This document shows, piece by piece, positions 47,039 to 56,583 of a stretch of DNA of 64,000 nucleotides. Every line of letters begins with the position of its first letter. Position 1 is the first letter of the stretch. The notes under the pieces are model-generated. The model was not told the DNA's origin. It saw nothing but the letters and a program-made list of their open reading frames with translations, and did no database searches. Both the position numbers and the translations under genes were made by a program. Origin of the DNA: Planctomycetota bacterium. Lineage in GTDB: Bacteria; Planctomycetota; B15-G4; SIAN01. The stretch is from the NCBI GenBank assembly GCA_031409275.1, contig JANNXA010000010.1, positions 1,437 through 65,436 of the forward strand. Reading direction: 5' to 3'.

Positions 47039-48252
47039 ATGCGAAGCTGGATGCCTGCCATCGCGACGGCGCTCGGGGCATCCTCGGCGAGCGGCCAGCA
47101 GCCGGCGCCGCTCGCGCGCCCCGAGGCGACCTTCGCCAACGACGCCGCCTTCCTCGCCGAGCACGCCGACGTGGTGCTGCTCAATGCACGTTCGACCGAC
47201 GCGCGCAGCTCAAGGCCCCGGGGGCCGGAGTCGTGGCGGTCTCGCCGAAGCTGAGCGGGCGCGTGATGACCAGCGCGATGCGGCCAGAGGCTCCCGGTTT
47301 CGGACTCGTCTACCGCGAGGCCATCAGCGGCCGGCACGTCGAACGCGGCTTCAACAACTTCGGTGGCGAAGATCGCCTCTGGTTTGCGCCGGAGGGCGGG
47401 CCGTGGGGGCTCTTCTTCGAACCGGGACAGCCGCAAGAGCTGGCGAACTGGTTCGTGCCTGCAGCGATGGACGGCACCCCGCGCCGGATCGCCGCGCAAG
47501 ACGCGACCTCGATCACGTTCCACGATCGCATCGCGCTCAAGAACGTGAAGGGCGCCGCGTTCGACCTCGACATCGAACGGCGCATCGATGCACTGTCGCG
47601 TCGGGAGATCGCCGCCCTGCTCGAAGCGGTGCCGCTGCCCGACGGGCTCGAGGTCGTCGGCTTCCGCAGCACCAACATGGTGCAGGAGCTCTCCACTCGG
47701 CGCCTCGGCGACGACGCCGTGATCGCGCCGTGGGTGCTCGGCCAGTTCAAGCCATCGGCGCGCACCGAAGTCCTCTTCCCATTCCAGGGCGACGCGTCGG
47801 TCCTGAAGCGCGACTACTTCGGCGAAGTCCCGGCCGAGCGGCTCGCCGTGCGGCTCTTCCCCGAAGGTGGCGGCGGTGTGGCGCGCTTCAAGGCGGACGC
47901 GCAGTTGCGCTCCAAGATCGGCGTTTCGGCGGCCGGCGCGACCGGCTGGGTCGGCGCCTTCGACTCGTTGCGCCACGTGCTCACGCTGGTGCACCACACG
48001 GTGGCGCCGAGCGACGCCAAGGTGCCCGACTGCAACTGGCTCGACCCCAATCCGCGCGCCGCGAAGGGCGACGTCGTCACCAGCTACAACCACGGCCAGG
48101 AGCCGCGCTTCTTCGAGCTCGAGTCGATCGGCGCCGCGCTGGCGCCCGGTCCTCTAGCGAGTGTCGTGCACGTCCACACGACGCTGCATCTGAGCGGGGA
48201 CGCGGCGACCCTGGTCGCACTCGCAAAGCGCTACCTGCAGACGGAGCCGTGA
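47039..48252 (+). pseudogene. Secreted hypothetical protein gene interrupted by a frameshift (or sequence error) near 47200
   Basis: Frame A (ATG 47039, GGAG upstream) encodes signal peptide MRSWMPAIATALGASSASG plus ATFANDAAFLAEHADVVLL and stops at 47254. Frame B is protein-like only from about 47205 (AQLKAPGAGVVAVSPKLSGRVMTS...) to 48252, and its upstream part is Arg-rich junk. Confidence 0.6.
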
Positions 48253-48294
48253 ACGAAGCGCCGTCGGCGGGCGCATCCGTGCGAGAACGACGGC

Positions 48295-48328
48295 GGACCG
48301 ATCTGCGCGCGTGGGCGCCGATCGGTCC
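48295..48328. terminator. Hairpin between convergent genes (possible terminator)
   Basis: GGACCGATC, a 16-nt loop, then GATCGGTCC, in the 163-nt spacer between the frameshifted gene and rpsT. No U-tract. Confidence 0.3.
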
Positions 48329-48415
48329 GCGAAGGATCGAGCGTCGTCGCGAGCAGGGACGGCGCGCGCGGCGAGACCGCCGCGCCGATCGCCTGCACGC
48401 GTCAGTCTCGCAGCG

Positions 48416-48694
48416 TCACTTCTTCTGCGTGGCCTGCAGGCGATTGATGCTGCGCGACAGCCGCGACTTCTTGTTCGACGCGGTGTTGTCGTGGATCACC
48501 GCCGCCTTGGCCGCCTTGTCGATCGCCTTCATCGCGTCCGGCAGGAGCTTCTGCGCGCCCGCAAGATCACCCTTCTCGACCGCCGCGAGGAGCTTCTTGG
48601 TGGTGCTCTTGATGCGGGAGGTCGCCGCGACGTTGCGCTCGCGGCGCTTGATCATCTTGCGGTAGTTCTTCTTGGCTGATTCTGTGTGCGCCAT
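48416..48694 (-). CDS. rpsT: 30S ribosomal protein S20
   Basis: MAHTESAKKNYRKMIKRRERNVAATSRIKSTTKKL...AAKAAVIHDNTASNKKSRLSR. Confidence 0.92.
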   Translation of the reverse strand: MAHTESAKKNYRKMIKRRERNVAATSRIKSTTKKLLAAVEKGDLAGAQKLLPDAMKAIDKAAKAAVIHDNTASNKKSRLSRSINRLQATQKK

Positions 48695-48730
48695 GTCAGT
48701 CCTTCGTACTCCGTGGGTCGTGCGCGCGGG

Positions 48731-50086
48731 TCACGTGCGCAACGTCTCGATCTTCTTGGCAACGTCCCGGTAGTGGATGTCGACCTCGTAGATGCGCGAA
48801 TAGTGCTGGAACGCTTGAGCCGGCTTGCCGGCCTGCTCTGCGACGAGGCCGAGATTGTACAGGATCGACTTGCCGCGCTCGCCGGCGGGGGTGGCTTCCT
48901 CGAGCGCCGTCTCGAGCTGCTTGGCCGCCATTTCGAGCAGCCCCTTCTTCTGGAAGCAGGCGGCCAGCCGCATCAGCGAGTCGCTGCGCGTCTTCGGGTC
49001 CTTGATGGAGCGCTGGAAGGCCGCAATGGCGTCGTCGAGTTGCCCCTGCTCGTGCATCGTGCGCCCGAGCTGGAACCAGAGCGCGAGGTCGGTCGGCCGT
49101 TCCTCGACCCGGCGGCGATATTCGGCCGCCTCGAGCTCCCGCTGGTCCTTCTGGAGCAGCGCGAGGTCCTCGCGGAAGTTGGCGTTCTCCTCCGTGGCGA
49201 GGCGCTCTTCGAGCTTCTTGATCTCCCGCGCCACCGCCTGCAGCTGCAGGTCGCCGATGCGGTCTTTCAGCTCGCTGGCGTTGTCGTCGAAGGCGAGGGC
49301 CTCCTTGAGGATGCGCTCCGCCTCGCTCCACTCTTCGCGCTTGGCCACCAGTTCGGCGAGCCGGCGCCGCGCGCGGCCGTCCTTGGCGTTCTGCTGCAGA
49401 GCGGCGCGAACCTCCCGCTCCTCCTCCGCGAGGTCATCCGCGGTCTTGTGGATGCGCGAATCACGTTCGAGGCGCGCCTGCGTCGCGACGTCGCGCACGA
49501 GGTCGCGCGAGGAGCGGGCGGTCTCGTAGGCCCCCTTCTTCAGCGTGACGTCGGCCGCAAGGTTCTTGCGCATGCGGTCGGCTTCGGCGTCCTTCGGATC
49601 CGCCTTCAGCGCCCGTTCGAGGCATTCGAGCGCCTGCTCGGCGCGCCCCTTCTGCGCGTGGCCCGCGGCGGCGCGCTTCCATGGCATCGACAGCTTGGGC
49701 TCCGCCTCGCCGAGCGCTTCGAAGACGGCGACCGCCGCGTCGCACAGCCCGGTGGCAAGGAGCGCGTCGCCGAGATTCAGGTAGGCGTCGGGATTGAGCG
49801 GGTCCTGCGCGAGGTACTTCTCGAGCGCGCGCGCCTTGCCGCCGCCGCTCTTGGCGAGCCCGCTCACCGCGGCGGACAACTTGTGCGGCGAACCGCCGAG
49901 CTTGGCGAGCCAGCTGCTGCCGCCCTTCTTCTCCGCCTTCTGCCGGATCGCCTGGCACCAGAGGCGCCGCGCCGCGCCGTGGTCGGGCTGCAGCGAGATC
50001 ACCTGCTCGAGCAGGTTCTCCGCATAGTCGAAGTTCTTCTTGCGGAGAGCTTCCTCGGCCTTGGCGATGTGATTCGTGACGTCCAT
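48731..50086 (-). CDS. TPR-repeat protein with a central coiled-coil region
   Basis: ATG 50086. TPR-like units (NFDYAENLLEQVISLQPDH, PDAYLNLGDALLATGLCDAAVAVFEAL, GRAEQALECLERALKADPKD, GQLDDAIAAFQRSIKDP, GKPAQAFQHYSRIYEVD). Confidence 0.8.
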   Translation of the reverse strand: MDVTNHIAKAEEALRKKNFDYAENLLEQVISLQPDHGAARRLWCQAIRQKAEKKGGSSWLAKLGGSPHKLSAAVSGLAKSGGGKARALEKYLAQDPLNPDAYLNLGDALLATGLCDAAVAVFEALGEAEPKLSMPWKRAAAGHAQKGRAEQALECLERALKADPKDAEADRMRKNLAADVTLKKGAYETARSSRDLVRDVATQARLERDSRIHKTADDLAEEEREVRAALQQNAKDGRARRRLAELVAKREEWSEAERILKEALAFDDNASELKDRIGDLQLQAVAREIKKLEERLATEENANFREDLALLQKDQRELEAAEYRRRVEERPTDLALWFQLGRTMHEQGQLDDAIAAFQRSIKDPKTRSDSLMRLAACFQKKGLLEMAAKQLETALEEATPAGERGKSILYNLGLVAEQAGKPAQAFQHYSRIYEVDIHYRDVAKKIETLRT

Positions 50087-50289
50087 GCAGCCTTGCGCGC
50101 GCGCCTTCCCGCCGTCGGGGAAGCGCCCGAAAAAATGGGCCGCGGAGCCTATCCCCGCTCGGCAAGGGTGTCCATGCACCCCCTCGCGGTAGGCCCGGCG
50201 CCGGCTAAACGTAACGCGCCGTTCAGCGCGGACGCCCCCGGCTGGCCCGACGGTCCCCGACTTGAGCGTCCCATCTTTCACGAGAGCCC

Positions 50290-50799
50290 ATGGAAGTCGT
50301 CGTCTACCCCGACCCCCGCCTCCTGCAGAAGACCGCGCCGATCGCTGCGGTCGACGCCGACGTTCGGACCCGGGTCGCCGAGATGTTCCGCCTGATGTAC
50401 GCCGACCGCGGAGTCGGCCTCGCCGCCCCTCAGGTCGGCTGGAACGCCCGCCTGTTCGTCATGAACGAGAGCGGCGACCCGAACCAGAAAGAGCACGAGC
50501 GCGTCTTCATCAACCCGCGCCTGATCAAGCGCGCCGGCAAGGTGAGCGGCGAAGAGGGATGCCTCTCCTTTCCCGGGATCTACATCGAGGTCGATCGCGC
50601 CCGTTACATCACCATCGAGTGGCAGGACCTCGACGGAGCACTCCATCGCGCCGACTGGTCGGAATGGCCGGCCCGGATCTTCCAGCACGAGCATGACCAC
50701 CTCGAGAACGTCCTGCTGTTCCATCGCATGACCGAAGCCGACCGCATGCAGAACGCGGAGGCGCTCGAAGAGCTGCGTCGCAACTACCAGGAGGCGTGA
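50290..50799 (+). CDS. def: Peptide deformylase
   Basis: GVGLAAPQVG, EGCLSFPG, HEHDHL. Confidence 0.93.
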   Translation: MEVVVYPDPRLLQKTAPIAAVDADVRTRVAEMFRLMYADRGVGLAAPQVGWNARLFVMNESGDPNQKEHERVFINPRLIKRAGKVSGEEGCLSFPGIYIEVDRARYITIEWQDLDGALHRADWSEWPARIFQHEHDHLENVLLFHRMTEADRMQNAEALEELRRNYQEA

Positions 50800-51761
50800 C
50801 GGCGCACCGCGCCGCCCCACTCATGGAACGCATCGATCCCTACGTCGTCGGCGCGCCGCTGCCGCGCTGGCACGGAGCCGTCGCGACGATCGGCGTCTTC
50901 GACGGCGTGCACCTCGGACACCGCGCGATCCTCGATCGCACGTTGACCTGGGCGCGCACGGAACACCGCCCCGCGCTCGTCCTCACGTTCGCCCACCATC
51001 CCGACCTCGTCGTGCGGGGACATGAGCCGCAACGACTGCAATCGCTCGACCAGCGCTTGCGCGAGATCGAGCGCATCGGCATCGACGCGACGCTGGTGCT
51101 GCCCTTCGACGCCGCCCTGCGCGAGCTTTCGGCCGAGGAGTTCACGGCACGCATCCTGGTCGGCAGCCTCGCGCTGCGCGGACTGGTCCTCGGCCACGAC
51201 ACGGCGGTCGGGCGCGATCGCCGCGGCGATGCGCGCCTACTCGATCGGCTTGGCGCCCAACACGGATTCGCGGTGCAGGCGGTCGGCGAGATCGCGCTCG
51301 ACGGCGAAGTCGTGTCAAGCTCACGGATCCGCGACGCGCTCCAGCAGGGCGACCTCGCAACGGCCAGCCGCCTGCTCGGCCGCGCGCCGTCGCTGTTCGG
51401 CCGCGTCGTGCACGGGGACGGGCGTGGCCGCTCCATCGGCATCCCGACCGCCAACCTCGATGTCGACCACGCCTGCGCACCGGGCGGCGGCGTCTACGCG
51501 GTGCTGGTGCTCGATGGCACCACGCGTCGTCGCGGGCTGTGCAACATCGGGGTGCGGCCGACCTTCACGTCCGGCGCGCAGCGAACCGTCGAGGTGCACC
51601 TGCTCGACTGGAGCGGGGACCTCTACGGGCGCGAGCTCGAGGTGCTCTTCCTGCAGCGACTGCGCGAGGAGCGCCGCTTCGCCGGTCCGAGCGAGTTGAT
51701 CGCGCAGATCCACGCCGACCGCGCTGCCGCGGAGGCGGTACTGCGCCGACTGCCCGACTGA
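50796..51761 (+). CDS. ribF: Bifunctional riboflavin kinase / FMN adenylyltransferase
   Basis: IGVFDGVHLGHRAI, GDGRGRSIGIPTANL, LRFLQRLREERRF-type C-terminus. GTG 50796 overlaps the def stop. An alternative ATG at 50823 is equally plausible. Confidence 0.88.
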   Translation: MTAHRAAPLMERIDPYVVGAPLPRWHGAVATIGVFDGVHLGHRAILDRTLTWARTEHRPALVLTFAHHPDLVVRGHEPQRLQSLDQRLREIERIGIDATLVLPFDAALRELSAEEFTARILVGSLALRGLVLGHDTAVGRDRRGDARLLDRLGAQHGFAVQAVGEIALDGEVVSSSRIRDALQQGDLATASRLLGRAPSLFGRVVHGDGRGRSIGIPTANLDVDHACAPGGGVYAVLVLDGTTRRRGLCNIGVRPTFTSGAQRTVEVHLLDWSGDLYGRELEVLFLQRLREERRFAGPSELIAQIHADRAAAEAVLRRLPD

Positions 51762-51785
51762 CGGCACCCGCGACGCCCCGTGGCG

Positions 51786-51814
51786 TTGACGATCGCGCGC
51801 AGCCCCCCTACCAT
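51786..51814 (+). promoter_or_regulatory. Sigma70-like promoter candidate for tRNA-Phe
   Basis: TTGACG (51786-51791), a 17-nt spacer, then TACCAT (51809-51814), about 27 nt upstream of the tRNA. Confidence 0.4.
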
Positions 51815-51840
51815 CCCCGCCCTCTTCTTCTGGAAGGGGT

Positions 51841-51916
51841 GGGTAGTTAGCTCAGCTGGTAGAGCACCGCACTGAAAATGCGGGGGTCGTTGGTTCAAGT
51901 CCGACACTACCCACCA
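51841..51916 (+). tRNA. tRNA-Phe (anticodon GAA), CCA encoded
   Basis: Hand-folded cloverleaf. Acceptor GGGTAGT/ACTACCC, D arm GCTC-AGCTGGTA-GAGC, anticodon arm CCGCA-CTGAAAA-TGCGG, T arm GTTGG-TTCAAGT-CCGAC, discriminator A, then CCA. Confidence 0.96.
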
Positions 51917-51920
51917 TTTT

Positions 51921-52170
51921 GTGCGCCGCAGCCTGGCTGCGGCGTGCGCCAGACGGCGCAGTACACGATTCGGCTCTTGAACCCTGGTCACGCGCCGTCG
52001 GCGATGTGGTGCGCCGCAGCCTTGCGGCGGCCGACGCCAGACGACGCCGTTCACGGATCGGCTGGTAACCCCGGTCACGCGCCGTTGGCGATGTGGCGCG
52101 CCGCGGCCTCTCTGCGGCGGGCGCCGAACGGCGCTTCGAACTTGGCGCGGAGTCGCGTCCACGGATGACA
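51921..52170. repeat. Tandem repeat of ~86 bp, about 2.9 copies, each with a GC-rich hairpin
   Basis: Copies start at 51921, 52006 and 52093 (GTG(G)YGCGCCGCRGCC...GCGGCG...GCCAGACG.CGC...ACGRATYGGCT...AACCCYGGTCACGCGCCGTYGGCGAT). The third copy is diverged and overlaps the next CDS start. Confidence 0.75.
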
Positions 52171-53679
52171 TCGCCGCGCACCGCTCCTCTGGTCCTCACC
52201 GCCGCACAGGCGACGCTGGTCCATCTGCCGACCGAAGGGCAGTTCCTGGTCCGCGGCGCAGCCGGCTCCGGCAAGACCGAAGTGGCGCTTGCGCGCGCGC
52301 TCCACGTCGCACGCCAGCCGCTGCTGCATGGCGCCGCTCGTGTCCTGCTGCTCGCCCGCTCGCCAAGCCTCGCCACCGACCTCGCCGCGCGCCGCGACTC
52401 GCTCGCTCCGCAAGCTGCCGCCCGCATCGATGTCGATTGCGCCGCCGGCTGGTGCCACCGCTTCCTCGCGCCCGCCCCGGCACTGCGCCGCGGCGAGTTC
52501 GAGCGACTGGTCGGACTCGCGCTGCAGCTGGTCCGGCGCACGAACCGTCGCCTGGTGTTGCGCCAGCCGCTCTCCTTCTTCACCAGCGAGTTCGAGTCGA
52601 TGATGCTCGCGCTCGGCATCGAGCGCCTCGACGAGTACCTGCCGATCGAGCGCGAAGGGCGCGCGCGCCCGCTCGACGACGAGTCGCGGCGCGCCGTCTT
52701 CGCGGTCTTCGATGAGGTCCGTCGCCTCGCCGACCGCTGCGGCCGCGCCTTGCCCCTCGCGCTGGTGCCCGCTGCGCTGCGCCGTCTCGCGCAGACGCGC
52801 GCTCCGCCGTACGACCACGTCGTCGTCGATGACGCCCATCTGCTCGCGCCGATCGAGCTGAAGCTCGTGCGCGCGCTCGCGAGCGGCGGCAGCCTCACGC
52901 TCTTCTCCGCGCTGGAACAGCGATTCGATCCGCTGGCCGCGAAGCTGACCGCGTTGGGGCTCGGCCGCCTCGACAAGACGGAAGTGCTCCCGCGCTCGTT
53001 GCGCGGTCCGAAGGCGATCTACAAGGCGGCGCTCGCGATCCTCCGACGCCGCGGCGCCGCCAGCAGCAGCGACTTGAAGGCGATCGTCTCCGACGACATC
53101 GACGGACCGCGGCCGCGACTCATCGTCGCCGCCGACTGGAGCGGCGAACTCGACGCGCTGATCGCCGCGTTGCAGCAGCTCCAGAAGCAAGGGCGCGCGC
53201 TGCGAGACGCCGTCGTGCTCGCCTCCAGCGAAAGCGACCTCGAGCTCGTGGCGGCGGTCCTCGCCGCCGTCGGAGTGCCGGCGCAGTTCGTGCGCGACGA
53301 GGAGGCCGGCGCCGCGCGCGCCGACGCCGTTCGCCTCTGCCCGCTCGCCGTCGCGCAAGGACGCGAGTTTCCGCTCGTCTTCCTGCTCGACTGCAATCTC
53401 GGCGCCTACCCGCGCCAGAAGCAGGAGCTCGCCCCGCACGAGCGACCGCTCGCCGCCGAGACCGCGGCGCGCTCGCTCCATCTCGCGCTGACCCGCGCGA
53501 CCGAGGAGGTCGTGCTCTTCGCCAGCGAAGCGACCCTCTCGCCACTGCTGCCAAAGAAGCTGATCGCGCTCGAGCGGGCCGCGGGGACGCCGGCCAGCTC
53601 CTGCCCGACACGACTCGACCGCCAGCGATATCGTCCGCGCGCGGGTCCGGACGACCGGACGCCGTCCCCTCGCCGCTGA
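52165..53679 (+). CDS. UvrD/Rep-like superfamily 1 helicase-like ATPase (short form)
   Basis: Walker A GAAGSGKTEVAL, motif II-like YDHVVVDDAHLL, motif V-like AVAQGREFPLVFLL, motif VI-like RSLHLALTRATEEVVLF. At 504 aa, the 1B/2B inserts seem reduced. Confidence 0.8.
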   Translation: MTSPRTAPLVLTAAQATLVHLPTEGQFLVRGAAGSGKTEVALARALHVARQPLLHGAARVLLLARSPSLATDLAARRDSLAPQAAARIDVDCAAGWCHRFLAPAPALRRGEFERLVGLALQLVRRTNRRLVLRQPLSFFTSEFESMMLALGIERLDEYLPIEREGRARPLDDESRRAVFAVFDEVRRLADRCGRALPLALVPAALRRLAQTRAPPYDHVVVDDAHLLAPIELKLVRALASGGSLTLFSALEQRFDPLAAKLTALGLGRLDKTEVLPRSLRGPKAIYKAALAILRRRGAASSSDLKAIVSDDIDGPRPRLIVAADWSGELDALIAALQQLQKQGRALRDAVVLASSESDLELVAAVLAAVGVPAQFVRDEEAGAARADAVRLCPLAVAQGREFPLVFLLDCNLGAYPRQKQELAPHERPLAAETAARSLHLALTRATEEVVLFASEATLSPLLPKKLIALERAAGTPASSCPTRLDRQRYRPRAGPDDRTPSPRR

Positions 53680-53715
53680 CGCCCCATTTCGCTCGATGGC
53701 TCCAGGCCGCGAACC

Positions 53716-56541
53716 ATGCCCACCGAAGAGCGCCCACGACCCGATCGCACGCGCCTGCGCGAGATCGTCGGCGATTGCCTCGAGCAGATGGAGCTGACCG
53801 GCTCGCGCGCCATCGAGGAGGCGTGCCAGCGCCATCCCGATCTCGCCGAGTCGATCCGGCGCCGCCTCGACCGATTGCGCGAGCTTGGCCTCTCGACGAC
53901 CGCGGCCGCGCCGTGGACGGTGCTCAGCCGGCTCGGCGACTTCGACCTCGGCGCACCGATCGGCAGCGGCGGGATGGGCGTCGTCTACCACGCTCGTCAG
54001 CGGTCGCTCGCACGCGACGTCGCGTTGAAGGTGATCCGACCCGACCAGCAGTGGGCCGCCTCGGCCCAATCGCGGTTCCGCCGCGAGATCGAAGCGGTCT
54101 CGCGCCTGCAACACCCCTCGATCGTGCAGATCCACGCCGTCGGCGAGGATCAGGGCGTCGCCTACTTCGCGATGGAGCACATCCCCGGATGCACCCTCGC
54201 CGCCCTCATCGATCGGCTGCACGGGCGATCGCCGCAGGAGCTGTCGGGCGACGACTTCTGGGCGGAGGTGGGTGCGACGGTCGCCGCCGATACGCCGCGC
54301 GCCGACTCGAAGATCGACACGCGGCTGCGCGGCCGCAGCTGGGTCGACACCTGCGTGCACGTCGCGCAGCAGTTGGCGATCGCGCTCGACCACGCGCATC
54401 GACGCGGCGTCCTCCATCGCGACGTCAAGCCGCAGAACGTGATGGTGACGCCGGAAGGCCGCGTCGTCCTCATGGACTTCGGGCTCGCCGTCACCGCCGG
54501 CTCCGACAAGCTCACTCGCTCCGGCGCCGAGCTTGGCTCCTTGCTCTACATGGCGCCTGAGCAGCTGCGCGGCCACCAGGAGGCGATCCGCGAAACGACC
54601 GACGTCTACGGCGTCGGCGCGACGCTCTACGAACTGCTGACGCTGCGGCCCGCCTTCGGCGTCGGCTCCGATGCGGCGATCCGCCAGAACATCCTGAGCG
54701 GCGAGTTCCCCGCGCCGCGCACGCTGCTCCCATCGCTGCCGTGGGACGTCGAGACGGTCTGCCTCGTCGCCATGGAGAAGGACCCCAGCCGTCGCTACGC
54801 CAGCGCAGCCGCGCTCGGCGAGGACCTCGAACGGCTGCTGCAGCGCCACTCGATCGAAGCGCGTCGTCCGGGAACGGTGCTGCGCGTGCGCCGCTGGATC
54901 GAGCGCCACCCGGCGCTCGCCGTCGCGCTCACGCTGATGACGGTCCTGACCGCGGCGTCGACGCTCTTCGCGTGGCAGCAACGCGCCTCCAACCGGGCGA
55001 CGAGCGCCGCGCTCGACAATGTCGTTCGGCAGTCGGAACGCGCAGGCCGCAACGTGAAGCGCGCGCAGAAGGCGGTCGATCTGATGCTGACGCGCTTCGC
55101 CAACACGCATCTGAAGAACGTTCCGCAGTTCGAGCAGATCCGCATCTCGCTGCTCGAGGATGCCGTCGCGCTCCAGCAGGAAATGCTGAGCGAGGAGGGT
55201 GACGACCCGCAGGTGCGCCGCGAAGCCGCCGATGCCTATGACCGGCTGAGCTCGATGCAGCAGCAGCTCGGCCGCACCGACGAGGCGCTGGCTTCGATCG
55301 AGAAGGCGCTCGAGCTGCGCGAGGCGCTCCACGCCGACCGGCCCGACGATCTGCTGGGCAACGACCAGATCGCGCTCGGCCATCACGACCTCGCGAACAA
55401 CTACCGCGCACTCGGCCGTTGGGAAAATTCGGAGCGCCACTTCCGCAAGGCGATCGCCACCAGCGAAGCCTCGATCCGCGCCCATCCGGCCGAACGGCAG
55501 GGATTCACCGTCACCTTGGCGCGCTCGCTGAACGACCAGGCGATCAATTTCAACGAGCAGTCGCGCCATGCGGAGGCCATCGCCTCGTGCCGTCGCGCGT
55601 TGGAGCTGATCGAGCCGTTCGCGCGGCAGAATCCGAAGAACGAACGGATGGCCAACCAGGTCGCCGCCGCGCTGCAGACGCAGGGTCCGCCGCTCGTGAG
55701 CCTCGGCCGGATCGACGAGGCGGTCGCGGCGCTACAGGCCGCCGTGCCATGGCGCGAGCAACTCGTCGCGCTGCTGCCTCGGGAGATCGAGCATCGCCGT
55801 CAACTCGGCCTGCTGCGCTACGAACTGAGCCATGCGCTGCGCCTGCAAGGCGACGCCGAAGAGGCCTCCGGCGAAATCGACGCGTCCATCGAAGTGCAGC
55901 GCGCGCTCCTCGCCGACTACCCGAGCGCGCTCGGCGTACAGTGGGATCTCGCGCAGTCGTTGCACGAGCGCGGCCTGGTGATGAAGGAACGCGCGGAAAG
56001 CGAAGAGTCGCTCGCGAGCCTGCGCGAAGCGATCCGCTGGTACGAACCGCTCGTCGCCGCTGCGCCCGATCAACCCGGCTACTCGCACGAGCTCGGCTGG
56101 ACGCTCTCGGACCTGGCGGCGAGCCTGCTCGAGCAGGGCGATGCGGAGACGGCGGAAAAGCTGGTGGCGCGAGCGGTCGAGCTGCAGACCGCCTGCCTCG
56201 CGATCGGCCCGACGATCGAGGTGTATCAGGAGTGCCTCCTCGACCACTTCCGCGTCCAGCGCGACTGCTTCCTCGCCCGCGGCGATCGCGCGGCCGCACT
56301 GGCACTCGCCGCACGAGCGGCGGAGGTCGCGTTCCTCCCGAAGTTCCACCGCGCGGTGATCGCGTTCCGGGCCGCCACCCTCGCCCGCTGCGACGAGATC
56401 GAACGCGCGAAGCTCCTCCTGCAGGACGCCGCCGCGGAATCGGCCGCCGACTCGAACGCGGCGGCGGCCGCCGCCGACCTCGACGTCCTGCGCAACCACC
56501 CCGATCTCGCGAAGCTGCTCGAAGCGTGGCAGCACCTCTGA
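53716..56541 (+). CDS. Ser/Thr protein kinase with a C-terminal TPR array
   Basis: GSGGMGVVYHA, VALKVI, HRDVKPQNVMV, DFGLA, APEQ. One TM-like segment (HPALAVALTLMTVLTAASTLFAW), then about 500 aa of TPR-like repeats. Confidence 0.93.
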   Translation: MPTEERPRPDRTRLREIVGDCLEQMELTGSRAIEEACQRHPDLAESIRRRLDRLRELGLSTTAAAPWTVLSRLGDFDLGAPIGSGGMGVVYHARQRSLARDVALKVIRPDQQWAASAQSRFRREIEAVSRLQHPSIVQIHAVGEDQGVAYFAMEHIPGCTLAALIDRLHGRSPQELSGDDFWAEVGATVAADTPRADSKIDTRLRGRSWVDTCVHVAQQLAIALDHAHRRGVLHRDVKPQNVMVTPEGRVVLMDFGLAVTAGSDKLTRSGAELGSLLYMAPEQLRGHQEAIRETTDVYGVGATLYELLTLRPAFGVGSDAAIRQNILSGEFPAPRTLLPSLPWDVETVCLVAMEKDPSRRYASAAALGEDLERLLQRHSIEARRPGTVLRVRRWIERHPALAVALTLMTVLTAASTLFAWQQRASNRATSAALDNVVRQSERAGRNVKRAQKAVDLMLTRFANTHLKNVPQFEQIRISLLEDAVALQQEMLSEEGDDPQVRREAADAYDRLSSMQQQLGRTDEALASIEKALELREALHADRPDDLLGNDQIALGHHDLANNYRALGRWENSERHFRKAIATSEASIRAHPAERQGFTVTLARSLNDQAINFNEQSRHAEAIASCRRALELIEPFARQNPKNERMANQVAAALQTQGPPLVSLGRIDEAVAALQAAVPWREQLVALLPREIEHRRQLGLLRYELSHALRLQGDAEEASGEIDASIEVQRALLADYPSALGVQWDLAQSLHERGLVMKERAESEESLASLREAIRWYEPLVAAAPDQPGYSHELGWTLSDLAASLLEQGDAETAEKLVARAVELQTACLAIGPTIEVYQECLLDHFRVQRDCFLARGDRAAALALAARAAEVAFLPKFHRAVIAFRAATLARCDEIERAKLLLQDAAAESAADSNAAAAAADLDVLRNHPDLAKLLEAWQHL

Positions 56542-56583
56542 GGCGCAGACGCCTTCGCGCTTGGCACGATCGCCGCTCCTGGT

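Noticed and set aside
51921-52170. Tandem repeats as a possible CRISPR array
   Set aside because: The repeat units are contiguous at ~86 bp with no unique spacers, the copies are imperfect, and no cas genes are nearby.
52075-55569. 1164-aa minus-strand ORF, the longest in the window
   Set aside because: It is antisense to the helicase-like gene and the Ser/Thr kinase, both of which have clear catalytic motifs on the + strand. The translation is Arg/Ala/Glu/Gly-rich with no motif.
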